Origin: Vermamoeba vermiformis
Taxonomy: Eukaryota
DNA length: 64,000 nt
NCBI GenBank assembly: GCA_045837725.1
Contig: JBEWZL010000219.1
Span: forward strand, 124,001-188,000
Direction: 5' to 3'
The position numbers and the translations under genes were made by a program. The notes below the pieces were generated by a model. It had not been told where the DNA came from. It saw only the letters and a list, made by a program, of their open reading frames with translations, and ran no database searches. Of this stretch, positions 25,712 through 39,200 are shown piece after piece. Each line of letters opens with the position of its first letter. The stretch's first letter is position 1.

Positions 25712-26054
25712 TTTATATATTTTTCGGGTGTCAGTTATTAGTGGTTTGTATCAGCCAATGGTGCAGTAATATGTTACTAATGCCTCATATGTACAGACGC
25801 ACCAGTTGGTGACTTGTACCATACCTACATACCCGGCCACAAAGGGTTGGCTGGCCACGCTGGCCAACTTGGCCTGGCCATCCTCCTTTGTATCGTGCAG
25901 TGCTGTGAATCCAAACTTGGGGGTTTGCAGCACAAAGAACAAAGTTCTGGTGCTTCATTTCTTTGTAGAACATTACATTATTTTTTCCGTCTCCAGTGCT
26001 TAACCCAAAGCTGCTTGGTGCCAAAAGTGCTTCTTGTTCATGCAGTAATCCATG

Positions 26055-26330
26055 GACGCATCATTCAGGGGTGGCTGCATCCTCTGACGCTAGTAATTGA
26101 CCAACTTTACCAAACGTTGCCTGTAGCCCCAACGGACCCAGCTGAGGTTCTTTGCAGAACAATGCAATTTCAGCCTCCAGTGCGCCCAAAGCCTCCTGAT
26201 GGCAATAGCAATAAGTTGGTCAATTAATTCTTCAGCGGATGACCACACCACCCCTGACGGACACAGGACAGTCTCTGTATGGTGGCGGACGTCATTTTTG
26301 CCAGACAGGACGCCTGCTGCTTACAGGATG
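26055..26330. repeat. Diverged copies of the same repeat family forming a fold-back
   Basis: 26147-26240 resembles 25371-25510 (gttctttgcagaaca; gcccaaagcctcctgatg; ataagttggt). Inverted arms tcaggggtgg 26065 / ccacccctga 26248 and aattgaccaactt 26095 / aagttggtcaatt 26213. The reverse complement of 26281-26330 resembles 24915-24968. Confidence 0.65.
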
Positions 26331-26619
26331 TCCTCTTTGTACTGTATGGCGGCACAATGTTTTTGAGACAGGATTCTGATTCAGAATAGATTGGGCGACA
26401 TCCCCTATCCTCTGATTGGGCAACCCTTTGTGAGGTTACTCATGCTGTGGCCAGTTCCCTGGTACAACAGGACAAATTATAGTCCCACCGACTGGCCCCT
26501 CACGTTCAGTCAGGGCCTGCAGTTCCTAGTTGTACTGATGTAAGGGCAGCCAATAACATTTCATGCTGAGAGGACAAAGTTACTCAGAAAATCTTGTCAG
26601 TAGTAATATTGTTGATTTA

Positions 26620-29600
26620 TTAGGTTTTCTTAAATTTCAGAATATCCAACAACTGGAAAATGATACTGCGGTAGCTGTCCAGTACTGGTTCACAAGCATC
26701 CTGTACATATCGTTTGTGATTGTCATTGACCAGATCAGGTATGTCTACAACAGGATTTTGAAGGTCTGATACTGCTGTTATGGAAAGAGTGGAGAGGTGG
26801 TGCTTAGTTGATTCTAATAGGGCAGGCAAGTCGCGTGTCAATTGAGTCTCAACAAGTGCGGAAAGTGTCTTCAAGTCGTCCTTAGTCTCCGTGTACTGTC
26901 CACGTGTTAGTTCATTCAGCCTGCACATTTGTTGGTACTTACAGCAGTCTTGAGTTCATCTGAGCCCTTCTTCAGTCGCGCAGGGTACGTGTGATTGAGC
27001 AGTGCGAAGCTCATGCGCGCCGACTGCAACACGAGAGCGAGATATTTGTTCACCAGTCTCAGCCACACGGAGAACTTGCTCAATTCTTTTTCACCTTGCT
27101 TGATCAGTTCCCACGCATCTGATCAATGAACGCAGTTAGAGACACACGGATATTGACGCCCTTGCAGCAATAGCACATACCGTGGAGCAGAGTCTTGAGT
27201 GCGGTGAGTGCGCTCTTGACCTTGCCAATCAGTGTCTTGCAGTCCACGCCCTCGCCGCCAGTGCTCAGTGCAGCAGTGAACTGATTCAACAACAAATACA
27301 GGTCAAAATTGGCCAGCAATGTGCTCCAAATCAGCTTGTCTTGGGCTGCAAACTCTGCCGTGCCAAGTGTGTATTCTGTCAGGCCGCGCAGTGGGTGTGT
27401 GGCAGCTGTCACTGGTGCGTGCTCGCTGTTGACAGGTGTCACGGCGTGCAAGACAGTGTCAGCGGGGATCAGCTGCGCATCAATCAGGGCACGGTGCAGA
27501 GTGGCGAGTGCAGTGCCGAGTGACTGCACGTGCGACTCATCTAACACGGCGCTCTCATTGCTCGGTGTGGCTTGACGTGCACCGCGAGTGGGAGCTTTGG
27601 CATTGGCAGGGGGTGGTGCGAGTGACTTGATGATGGCTCTGTTGGCGAGGTAGAAGTGCAGCAGCACACGCAAGTACTGGGCTTGCACGTACACGCGCCA
27701 GTCATCGGCGGCATTGCGCACTGTGAGCACGGGGTTCGTGGGGTCTACAGTGCGGTGCACATCGAGGTCCCACTCGAACAGCACTGTCATGTCGTAGTTG
27801 CAGGTGAGGGCGCGAATGTCTGCAAGTTGGTGGGGCAGATCTTTGCAGATGAGTGTCTCGCAGTCAGCAAAGAAGTGCAAACATTCGGAGAGCGAGTTGC
27901 AGCTCTTGACGTAGCTGACCATGAGCTGCGCTTGTTGTGCCTTGACGAGTTGAATGGAATGACTCAAGCGGCGCTCAAAGGCGATCAGTTCCCCAATCTT
28001 GGCGTAGGTGCCGTTCTTGTAGGCCTCCAACACGTACTCCGGAGTCTGATGTGCGTCAGTGCTGCGTCGAGTGGCTGGTAAGTACTCACCGTTTTCTTGT
28101 TGTCGTCGTGAAAGGCGATGATCTTGGCGATCACGTGCTCCGCTTCGTTGTAGGCAGCAAAGTCCATCAATCGATCGAACACGAGATGTGACAGCGTGTC
28201 GTATTGCATGTGCTTGATCTCGAGCTCTTTGAACAGCGTGAATGCAGCAGGCAGTGCCCCGAGTGCTGCGTACAACATGACAGCGAGGTATTTGAACTCA
28301 AAGTTGTGCGGACTGACTGCCAGTGCGCGCTTCAATATCGTCAGCGAGGTGCGCAGTGTGTTGGTGTCATCGCGATGGGAGCCTGCGAGTGCCACCAGCC
28401 AGGCCAGGTACGTGGCTGCGTCGTCACCAGGATGACGCTCTGAGGGCGCTACTTTGATGGGCAACTTGACGGCCTGTTGCCACACCTCGTAGAGTGCAGT
28501 GGGCGAGTAGATGAGCTGTTGCGGACTGTGTTGCGCGCTGTTGAACTGAGCGACGAGTTCCAGCGCGACGAGATTGAGTTGACGTGTCAGCCAGTCAATG
28601 TGACTCGGCAGCGCACTCGTGTCCTCAGCACTCACGCCACTCAGACCTGATTTCACCTCGCTGCAGTACGCCCGACACTGGTCCAGACACCGTGTCACGT
28701 GCTCGGTGTCGATCAGGGCAGCGAGATACATGCGGAGATCACGCCAGCACGAGGGTCGGTGTGAGAATCGTTTGAAGTATTCGGTGACGAGTGCACTGAG
28801 CACGGCCTGTTGAGTGGTGGCAGTGAACTGTGTCAGCACACGTGACTCGAGCTCGAGGTGTGCGAGATACGGCGCACGACTGAGTGAAGGGCATGAGATG
28901 AGGTGCGATAATAAGCAGTGACTTACTAGTGGCTGTGCTTAGCTTGCAGTGCTGCGAGCCAGTCACGTGCTTGTGTCAACAGCGGGTCATTGACATCTTT
29001 GACACGTGTCATCAGTGCATCCAAGTAGCCCGTGTAGTACTGCCACTCATCGGCACTATATTTCACCAGTCAGAGCGTAACAGATATAGTACCTTGGAGT
29101 GGTCTCACCTGTGCGTGTCAATCAGCTGTTGGTAGATCTGCATCGCCTCTTCGTGCTGGTGCAGTTTGATGTGCGCATGAGCCAGGGCCAGGTCTCGTTC
29201 GTGTGCGAGGGGCATCAACTTGGCAGCGTGTTCACCGCGCACTGTGCCGATCACTTCGCTGTGCTTGTGTTGTTGTCGCAATAGCTGCAAATATAGCTCC
29301 ATATCTGCAAACGAATCAACTGGTCAGCGAGGGTCTCGATTGCCCACGGAGTTCAGCACTCACCCTGCGCAGTGGCCTTGTCCTTCTTCATCTGACCCTC
29401 AATGAAGCGCTGCACAATCTCGAGCTGTGTGTTGGCACCCTCGCTCTGAATGGACAGCGCGAGAGCGACGAGCGACCAGAACATGTAGCGCTCTTCTTTG
29501 AACACTTGGAACAGCTTGGAGGCGTGGGTGCGCTGTTGCGTGAGGTCGTTGGTGCGAATGTAGGCACCGAAGAGCTGTTGACCAATGTGCTTCTGATTGG

Positions 29601-30095
29601 CCAGATCTGTCTTGCCGCGCATGGGGTGGTTCCAAGCGAGGGTGAAGAATTCTTGAATTTTGTCTGGACGACGCGTGATGCGATAAGTGAGCAGTACATT
29701 GTGCATAATGAAACCACCCTCTTCTTTGCTGCTGAGTAAATCAATGGGTGTTTGCTTCTTGGGATCCAGCAGACGTGCAGTCACCTCATCTGCAATTTTA
29801 ACAGCTTCTTCAACGTGCAACTGTTGTGCTGACACTACTGCTTGAGCGCTCTATAGTCGTAGGGTGTTACGGAAAGAAACGTTGTAGTGGAATGAACAAG
29901 ATTAATTATAATAGAAAATTTTTAATAATAATGCCAAATGCACGAAAAAATTATTTGTCTAATTACCTTTACAAGGTCAGAGTTTGGAAATTCCTTTTGT
30001 AGATCTGCCATGGATTTGTTGATCTTTTTCCAGGCCGGATTCACCTCTTGCGAGGCTTCAAAAATAGAGCGCAGTTTGTTTCTAATACGTTCCAT
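26620..30095 (-). CDS. NAA25: NatB auxiliary subunit NAA25/Mdm20 (multi-exon)
   Basis: 'YFKRFSHRPSCWRDL', 'SPHNFEFK', 'LEIKHMQYDTLSHL', 'AYKNGTYAKIGELIAFERRLSHS' match NAA25/MDM20 conserved blocks. N-terminal TPR region 'QLFGAYIR...QQ..A.KL...YMFW'. Confidence 0.88.
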
Positions 30096-30222
30096 TGATT
30101 TACACCACCACCCCTTTGTTGGATCTCGTGAAAAAATGACAAACAAAAAAGAGCACAGCTGCGCGCCATTTTTTGAATTAAAGCAACGCAGCAACACCAC
30201 CGAGGTATGATGCAGTAATATT

Positions 30223-33200
30223 ATGCAAGCAGTAGAGAGCTATTTAGACGAGCTCGTGTGGATTGCAGAAAATCCCACGAATACGACAGCAGCAACGGAT
30301 GCAGTCACAGTGGTGCTTGATCTCAAAAATGTAGTATTTAATGAAATATTAGAGCAGGATTTTGGTAAGAAATTGTAGAGATCGCGAATTGTAACAATTG
30401 TAATAATAATTTCTTCAAAATGCTCCTTTGCTAATCTGTTTCAACTTAGCGCTATGTAGTGCGATGCTCTTAAATTCAGACAAAAGCATATTGAATTTCT
30501 TACAACGGACTGCAACACCAAAACACAAAGATCTAGCTCGCGCTCGAGAGCACATGTTTGACTTCCTCGGCGAGTACGTCAAGCTGCTCGGTCAATCAGT
30601 GCAGGAATACGCACTTGCCATCAAGGTATATACATAGGTCCCTATTGTCAGTGCCTTATGTGTCACTTCAATTACAGGAAACTTGTCTGGGGGCCTTTCG
30701 TCGCGAGTTGTCCAATCGCGCTAAAGTCGCTACATTTGCTCCCATATTGAACATGATTGAACTGCGCATGCAATCTCTCGATGCAGAGAAGCTGGGTGTG
30801 CGCGAGATGGCGGAAATATACCTTAAAGATTTCACGTGCGGCAAATCCTCGCAAACAGTCAAGTCCTGGACCCTGCAAATGTTGGGCAGTTTCGCGGAAT
30901 ATTTCCCCGAGCACATGTTTGACAAGTCCAAGCAGCTGCTGACCCTGTTCTCAGACTCGCTGCTGAAACAATTCAAATCGAAGAAGCCAGACTTTCAATT
31001 GATTGCCGGCAGTGTCAAAGGTCTCACCTCGCTGCTCGTGCACTTTAGCGGCGATTTCTTGGCAGATCAGAAGACAGTGGAGTCAATCTACAAGTACATC
31101 TGTTTGGGCTGTTTGAATCCACCTCCTGGCCTCAAGACTTACGACATACCCAAAGGTACTGTTGCAGTAGTTTGATATTATACTTGCGATACTCAATGTG
31201 ACATTGCAATGCAGCGGCTCTGAGTCTCGTCGCCAAGCACGCGCGCCTATTCAAAGAGTACTTGACCGAACAGAGCGAGAAGATCTACAAGTACATCACC
31301 GTGTTCTGCACGCACAAGAATCGTGCCGTGCGCAAACACGCCTTTCCCGCGCTAGATGCATTTCTGACGCAGGTGTCGCACGAGATCATTTCTGATGCGC
31401 GCAGTGCTGAGAGCAATCGCGAGACATTCAAAGTAAGTGCTGACACAGTGTCCATTTGATTACGTGACTCACACGCCTGGCAGTTCTTCATGCGCGAGTT
31501 CTGGAATGGTCTGGACAGTCGCACGAGTGGCATGTACGACATATCGATGTGTATTCGCGGCTTTGGTCTGTTTGCCAAGGCCACCAAGCGCTTCTTGGGC
31601 GTGCAAGAGGTGAAGAAGATGGCGCAGAAGATGATCTCGTTTCAACACCGCTACTTCTCGCAGTACGTATTCGACAGACTGCTGGTGTATATAGGGTGCT
31701 AATTGTGTCATGTCAGGGCATCAATATTGCAAGTAGAAGACACCATTTCACATTTGCCGAGCTTCATCGCCTCATTTGCGAATATTCTGCTCGAGCTGAA
31801 TGAAGTCGATGACACCTACGTCGATCACCTCGAGAATGTGATTGGCACTTTCTTCTTGGTCTATCCGCAGCTCTACGATGTCAAGCGCTGGTCCTATTAC
31901 ATGGCCATCTCTCGCTTGTTCGTCGCGCTCTACTCCAAGGGCTCAGCACTGCAGAATCTCTTGTCGCGCATTGTATTTCAGGGCCTGACATTGACCTGCT
32001 CCAAACCGATCGTGAAACAATCACCTGAGAGCTCTTCGGCCACTCAACCTGCGGAATATTACACGGAGTATCAAGATTTGTGGAGAAATTTGTTGAATCC
32101 ACGCATCTCTGATGACTTGGAATTCAGTGAACATCAGCGCAAAGATTTGTGCAAGATCATCTACAACGAGTTCATGCAGTCCATCATTCGCATGCTGCAG
32201 AAGCTCGTGTTGCAGTACAATGTAGTGAAGGAGAGTGCTCAAGGGGAAGAGAAGGCTGATGACAAAGACAAAGAAGCAGAGCTGCTAGCGACATCGGAGG
32301 TCAATCCGAATCTGTTGAAGCCAGTGGTGCCCAAGGACTTTGAGTTGTTTTTGAATCTCGTCAACTTCTGCAAGATGATACTGCCCCAATTGCACCAAGA
32401 TCTGTTCGAGAAGTGGATATACATCTTTGCCAAGGAGATTATCATCAAGTCCAATCAGTTCCCACTCGTTTCGGGATTTTACAAGCTGTTGGGTGTCACA
32501 CTCAAAGTGTCGGATCAGCTCAAGTATTTTGACCAGATGGATGAAGCAGTGCCTGAGATCGATGCCATGACCGACATTGACGATGAACCAGCTAGCAAAG
32601 CAACTAATATGGACCTGCAGACCAAGCGCGTGTGCTACACACTCATCTCCAAGTTCATTCAAGAGGTCGAGACACGCATGAAGCAGTACAAAGACGAGCT
32701 CTTGGCTTCGTGCTTGAGTCTCGTGCTCAGTGTGCCTAAAGCGTTCGTGACCATCGCTGACAAAGTGGCGAGTCTGCAGTTGTGTCTCAAGCTCGGTGAG
32801 TCGTACTGGCCCCTCGCTTGTGTGGCTCTCGATGCCCTGGAGCAGTGGACCAAGGCCCTCGCTGCACAGCTCAAGCCACATCTCTCGCGCATATTGCCGA
32901 GCTTCAACAGCTATCTCAAAGCCACAGCCAGCAATGCGACTTATGTGCAAGTGCAGCCTGGCCAACAGAGTGCCCTGCAGCGCATTGAAGGTGTGAGCGC
33001 ACTCACCGCCGATGGTGAAGACGACAAGAAGCTCAAGTCGGAGATACAACTGCGCATGTTGCGCTTGTTGGCTCAGCTCGGTGGTGACAATGTCAATCTG
33101 ATTCAAGATGTGGATCTCGCGACATCGAGCAGCGAGACATCGATTGCGTGGGACACTGTGAAGCGAGTCAAGTTTGTCGTGCCCTTTCAAGACGTCAAGC

Positions 33201-36200
33201 CAGACGTGTGGCTCGATGATCTCTTGCCGCGCATTGTAGAGCTCGCTGAAGAGGCCTCTGATCGTCAAACCAAAGTCGCTGCATGCGAGCTGTTGCACTC
33301 AGTGGTGCTCTACATGATAGGCTCCAATGCCAAGCTCGAACCAGTGCCCGTGCACAAGATCTACGCGCGCCTATTCCCAGCGATGATTCGTCTCGCGGTG
33401 GATGTCGAACAAGTGACGCGCCAACTGTTTGAACCGCTGATGATGCAAGTGATTCACTGGTTCACCAAGAATCAGACCGAAGAGAACACGGAGACTATGA
33501 CACTGCTCGACAGCATCATCGAGTGCGTGGCCTCACCGAGTGATGGCGCAGTGCGTGAGTTCAGTGCCAAGTGCTTGACTGAATTCCTCAAGTGGTCCAT
33601 CAAGCAGAGCAGCAAAAAGCAGCAGGAGAAGAATCCGTTCAATGCCAAGTCACTGTTCAAGCGCGTCTACTCGCTCATGCACCATCCCAATCCTTACAAG
33701 CGCATGGGGGCCTATTTGACTGTCAAATCGCTCTACCGCGTGTTCCGTGAAGAGCAAGCCCTGGTAGATCAATTCGTATTGGAACTCTCGCACGCACTCT
33801 TGTTCTCCATGAGACTCGCACAGCACGACGACACCTCGCTGGGCACTGCACGCTTGGCACTGAGCGTGTTGGAGGCCCTCACACGCATCATTGAGCGCCA
33901 CGTCAGCATGCTGTCCAAGCCCAACAGTGCTCGCCGTGCTCACGCAGATTTGAACGCCTTTCTCTCGTGGGTGTTGAGTCAGACGGCACGATCTGAGCGG
34001 GTAGTGCGTCGTGCGGCGCAGGGTCTGATTGCACGCTTGACGGCGCCGAATGCAGCAGCGTGGGTGCAGAAACACGTGCTGCCTCGTCGACCTCTGAACA
34101 CCCTCATAGCACTGTTTGAGGGGGGTGTGGAGTACGAGGAGCAAGAAGAGCAAGATGCACCGCGCGCAGTGGTGGCACATAAAGACGCACTGCCCAGCTT
34201 GCCAGATCTGTCCGGTGTGATGACGTGGCTGAGTCGTGTGCAGGCCAGTCTCGATCTCTGGACCTGGGCATTCTCAACCAATATGCTGACCCCTGGGGAG
34301 GTGCTGGCCGTCAAGAATGGCTCGCGGTTGATGGGTTGGTGCGCGCACTTCTTGGACGCACTATCAACTGCGATCAGTGGTCACCGATGAACACAGCGCG
34401 CACTACTATCTGTTCAGACCCCTCACACCCCTCGAGATCGATCAGTTCTTCACGCAGCAGTGCTCCATCCTGCACCTCTACTTCAAGCTGTTGCACGTCT
34501 TGCTGGACAAGCACAAACAAGCGAGCATGGAGATCTTGTTGCCCTCGTTCAACGAGTCCTTCTTCAAGCTGTTCTTCACCTCCATTCTGGCCCCGGAACA
34601 GCTGGGATTTGTGGCCAACAAGATCTCGCAGCAGAAGAAGATGATGAGCCCTCACCTGCAACATGTGTCGCTTGTTCACTCAAGTGCTGCCCAAGAGTCA
34701 AGCAGAGCTCATGAGGAAGGTGTTGCGCCACATGTTGAATCAGCCAGAGATGAACTTGCTCACCCTCGACTTCAAGCACTCCAATCTCGATGTGGAGCGT
34801 GCGCGATGTCTCGTGCAGGGCTATGCACAACTCCACGCGTGCGAGCTGTTGATGGACTCGCTGCCCAAGAACACCAATCTCACCGAGCACTTGTTGGTGC
34901 AGGCATTCGATCACAGCGACAACTACACGCCCCTCGAGATGTCTGTGGGCGGATTGACGCTGCAACTCACCTTCTCGCTGCATCCGAGTGAGAAGCACTT
35001 GCACGCACTCATCACTGCCCTCATCAAGCTCTTGTTGGACGAGACACTCGTAGAAGATCGTTCACAGCCCAGTCTCGAAGAGTTGCAATCCTCTGTGCGA
35101 GCTTCACAGCGCAACGAAAACGATGAAGGGGACAACGTGCCGAATATCGACAGCACCACTGTGAATGTGAAGAAGTCGACCAAGGGCGAAGTGTTTTACA
35201 AGAACTTTCGCGAGCAAATTGACGACTTTATTGCCAACAATATGCAGTACTTTGTGAAGCCCATTATGACGCACATCCACAAGAACTATCTCATGTTCCG
35301 CGTGCTGCTCAATGTAGTGGATCGTCAAGTGCGTCACCGCAATGCCAACAGCAAGGCAGTGGTGCAGCTGGTGATTGCGCACTTGTCGCAGCTGAATGCG
35401 TGGATCAAGCTCGAGAGCACGCAAGAACAGAAAGAGAGCGCGTTGGAGCTGTTGAAGCGATTGATGCAGGTGAGTGCCAGTGCCGAGTGCGTGTCATTTG
35501 CGCGCGAGGTGTTGTGCACCTTCATGGCCCGTGCCATGCCCTTGCTGTTCAAGACAGACGTGCTCGATCTGTTGCCGGCACTGCTGGCTGCCCAGCACAC
35601 CAGCGAGCAGCACAAGAAACAGATTCGTGAGCGCATTAGAGAGCTGATCACGTACGACTTCCCCGTGCAATCCACCGATCTGCCGCAAGACTCCGCTGTG
35701 TACAACGAGTACATCACCTGCTTGAACAAGTTGATGCAGGTGCTGGTGCAGACAGGGGATCTGATGCTGCTAGAAGAGCTGTACCCGATCTTCAGAGAGC
35801 GCAGACATCGCCACATGCCTCACTTGGAGCAGCAGTTGAGTCAGTTCGTCAAGACGCTCAAGCACCGTGCTGAACACGCCGTGCACTGCTTCAATATGAT
35901 CATGACTGTAGTGGCTGACCCCACCATGACTGCGTGGTTGAAGTACAACTTGACGCGTCACATCTTGTTGCCGCTGTACGAATTGCTGCCCCTCAACCAT
36001 CAGATCCAGGTGATGCAACAACAGATCCACTTGTTGGTGAAGACCATCAACATTGAAGAGCTCGACAACAACAAGTCCTCGCTGAGTGCCAAGCAATCCC
36101 AGAGCTCCACTGACGACACACTCACCGCGGCGGATGTGATTGATCGCATCTGTGCCCTCAATCTGATTCAGGTCTTGTACCAGTGTCTGCCCTCCACGGC

Positions 36201-39200
36201 CATACGCGAGAAGATCAACAAGGCCTACTACACCAAGAGCGATGCCAAGGGCAATGAACTCACCACCACCATCATGCGCGCATCGCACTACATCAAGTCC
36301 CAACAGCTCTCAGTGACCAGCGCTTCGGTGTTCAATGAAGGTGTGACGCGCGAACTGCTGCTCGAGTACCAGGGCACTGCATTCAACACCCTCGCTGCAG
36401 TCGTCATGTGCACGCAGAGCAAGGAGAATTTCTTTACGGTATTCTGCTTCAAAGAGAATGCCGCCAAGCACGAGTACTTGTGGGAGAACATTATCGACAC
36501 GGACAAGCTGTGTCAGTTTGAAGTGGAGACGAACTTCCCTGTGGCGCACAAAGAGGTCACCTCGCTGCTGTCCAAGTACCGCGCCTTGGAGGGTGCCGCA
36601 GACAAGCAGACCAATCTGCGCTACATCTCCTCGCAGTACTTGGCGGACAGCAGTCTGAGTCAGGACATCTCCAACACCTCGTTCTTTGGCAAGGAGAATG
36701 AGGACAATGAGGCCAAGGAGGAGGTTGACAAGCCGCGCGAGGAGGCAGCGAACACCAGCAGCGCCGAAGAGACGGGCGAGCTGATTGAACTGGACCCCAT
36801 CAACTCCAATCCGTGCATGCTGTCACTGCTGCGACTGATCGATCACTTGCAGAAGCAGTTTGGCGCCACGTACAGCAAAGAAGAGATGCCCAAGTGGATG
36901 AAAGAGCTGCACATCAAGTGCGCTGCCCCTGGTATGTGGAACAGAATACGAGTGTGACGTCACTAACAGTATTGTCTGCGCTAGAAACTCACGTGAATAT
37001 TCGTCTGTTCATTGTGAAGCTGATCATCAATCGCGCTGAGGTATTTGCCCCTTATGCGCGTCAGTGGTTGACACCTGTCATGAAGACACTGCTCGATCAC
37101 TGGCTGGCAGTGGTCAGTGCAGCCAAGAGTCAGGGTCCGCCAGCAGATCCCATGGACATTGATCAAGCCGCGAACAGCGAGGCTGAGGGCGACAAAGACG
37201 ACGAGGCTGCCAGCACACCAGACCCGAGTGCCAGCAACAACAACACCGCTGAACAGAGCTACGGACAGGTGCTGAATGGCTTCCACTACTTCACGCGCGA
37301 TGTGTGCATTGTGCTGCTCAAGTGGAGTGACATTGGCGATCTGACCAATCACAAGCCGAGTGAAGAAGACAAGCACGTGGTCACGCAGTTCATTGAGTTC
37401 TTAATGCGACACTGCGCCTATCACGTGCGCGGCATTGTCTATGCCAATCTGCAGCTGATTCGTCTGTTGATCGAGCGGTGGAAAGATGTGTTGCACAGAA
37501 CACTGTCGAAGGTAGGTCCCTTGCACTGAGTGACACTCGATGGCACCTCATTAATCTTTGGCAGAAAATTGTGATGGACTACTTGGGATACGACAAAAAG
37601 CCCAAAGCGATGAAGATCTGTCGTCTGACGGGCCTGCATCTGTTGTCTGCCCTCATTTACAATGGATTCCCCTACTACGACAAGGCTGCAGATCAACTGT
37701 CTGAGGCAGTGTTTTTAGATCGATTGCTCAACAATCTGAGTGGACCGCGCGAAGTGTACAAGAGTGCCAGCGAGGTAAGTGACCGCTCTCACGCCACACC
37801 ATGAGTGCTCACAATAGTGCATTGTCAGACCATTGGTCTCGCCCTCGCCTACGACATCAAACACAACACGCGCCAATCAGCGCTCGAAGATCAGGTGAAA
37901 GATCGCATCACAGTCATGTTCAGCAAAGAGGATCATATTCGCGCCCTCACTAGTCTCGAAGCTATTGGCAAGTACTATCCAGCCTTCATCGATCACTTCT
38001 TTGTGCGCATCTTTGGTCAGTTGAAGCGATTCATCAGCGAGGCCAAAGTGATTGCCCTGCGCTTGATACTGCATCGCTTGGACGACATTGAGGACCCCTT
38101 CGCGAAGATTCAGCCTCGTCTCAGCGAGTTGATTCGACACCGCGATGAAGATGCGCAGCTCGTCACGCTGCAGATCGTATTTCAACTGCTGCCACGCATC
38201 GAAGAGGTGCATATTAGCAAGTTCATTGGGGACTTGATGGAGACATTTGCCACGCACCCCAACGACAGGTGCCGCGTATGTACCACTTGCACTCTGCGCA
38301 CGGTGGAGTCTAACCCTGTACTAGGACCTCTACTACGACATACTGCTGTGGATCTACGGCAATCGCGAGGCACTGCGCAGCACCGAGGAGTTGAAGCGCA
38401 GTCTGTTGCAGGGCATGAGCGACGAGGAGGAAGAGATCAAGCGCAAGGTGTTCAACTTCTGGGACGCCAAGATACTCTCTGAACAGCCGCTGGATCGCGT
38501 GCAGGAGTTGATGGGCGAGCTGTTTCATCCCAAGCTCGAGCACCACTGGCTGCAGTACACCACCTATTTGCTGCTCAATCTCACCAATCGCAGCGTGGAT
38601 TACGATCGCGTCATGTTCGAAGCACTCACGAACTGCGAGTACCGCGAGTACCGCATTGATTCGAGCTGGCAGTTCAAAACAGCGCCGATGACACCTCTCT
38701 TTGCCTCGCAGTCGCTCTCACAGATGGACATGTCGCCCTCGCTCGATGCTGGCTTGTCCTCGCAGTCACCTGACGCCAGCGAGGCATTCACGGGCATCAG
38801 AGCCACACAGGCCACGCAAGGTGCCACTGCATCCATGTTTGGCTTTGGCACTGCCCTGGCCACTGAATTCGAGACGATGAGCACGCAAGATCCGAACAAA
38901 TTCATCACGCTGCCGATCAGCACCAAGTTCAAGGGATCAGCGAGCACGAAAACAACAACAATATGAACGTGGATACACAGCCTGGCTCACCTGACTTCAA
39001 GCGACCCATGGCACGCAAGCGAGCTGCCGAGTCTGATGCACCAGGTGCCCAGCCCACCAAGCGACGTCAAGTGACTTTTGATCTGCCTGCCTCGCAAGAG
39101 AGTCAGGGCAGTCAATCGCAAGATCTGTTCGCCACGCCTTCGCAGAGTCTGAGTGCCATGGAGCAGGAGCGACAGATCAGATTGCAGCGCAGATTTGCCA

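Noticed and set aside
24559-26227. Short ORFs in the repeat island (24612-24893, 24784-25065, 25785-26024, 25814-26227) as transposase or genes
   Set aside because: No DDE, HUH or RT motifs, atypical codon usage, and some overlap the inverted repeats.
24915-26330. CRISPR-like array
   Set aside because: Repeats are inverted, diverged and irregularly spaced; eukaryotic context and no cas genes.
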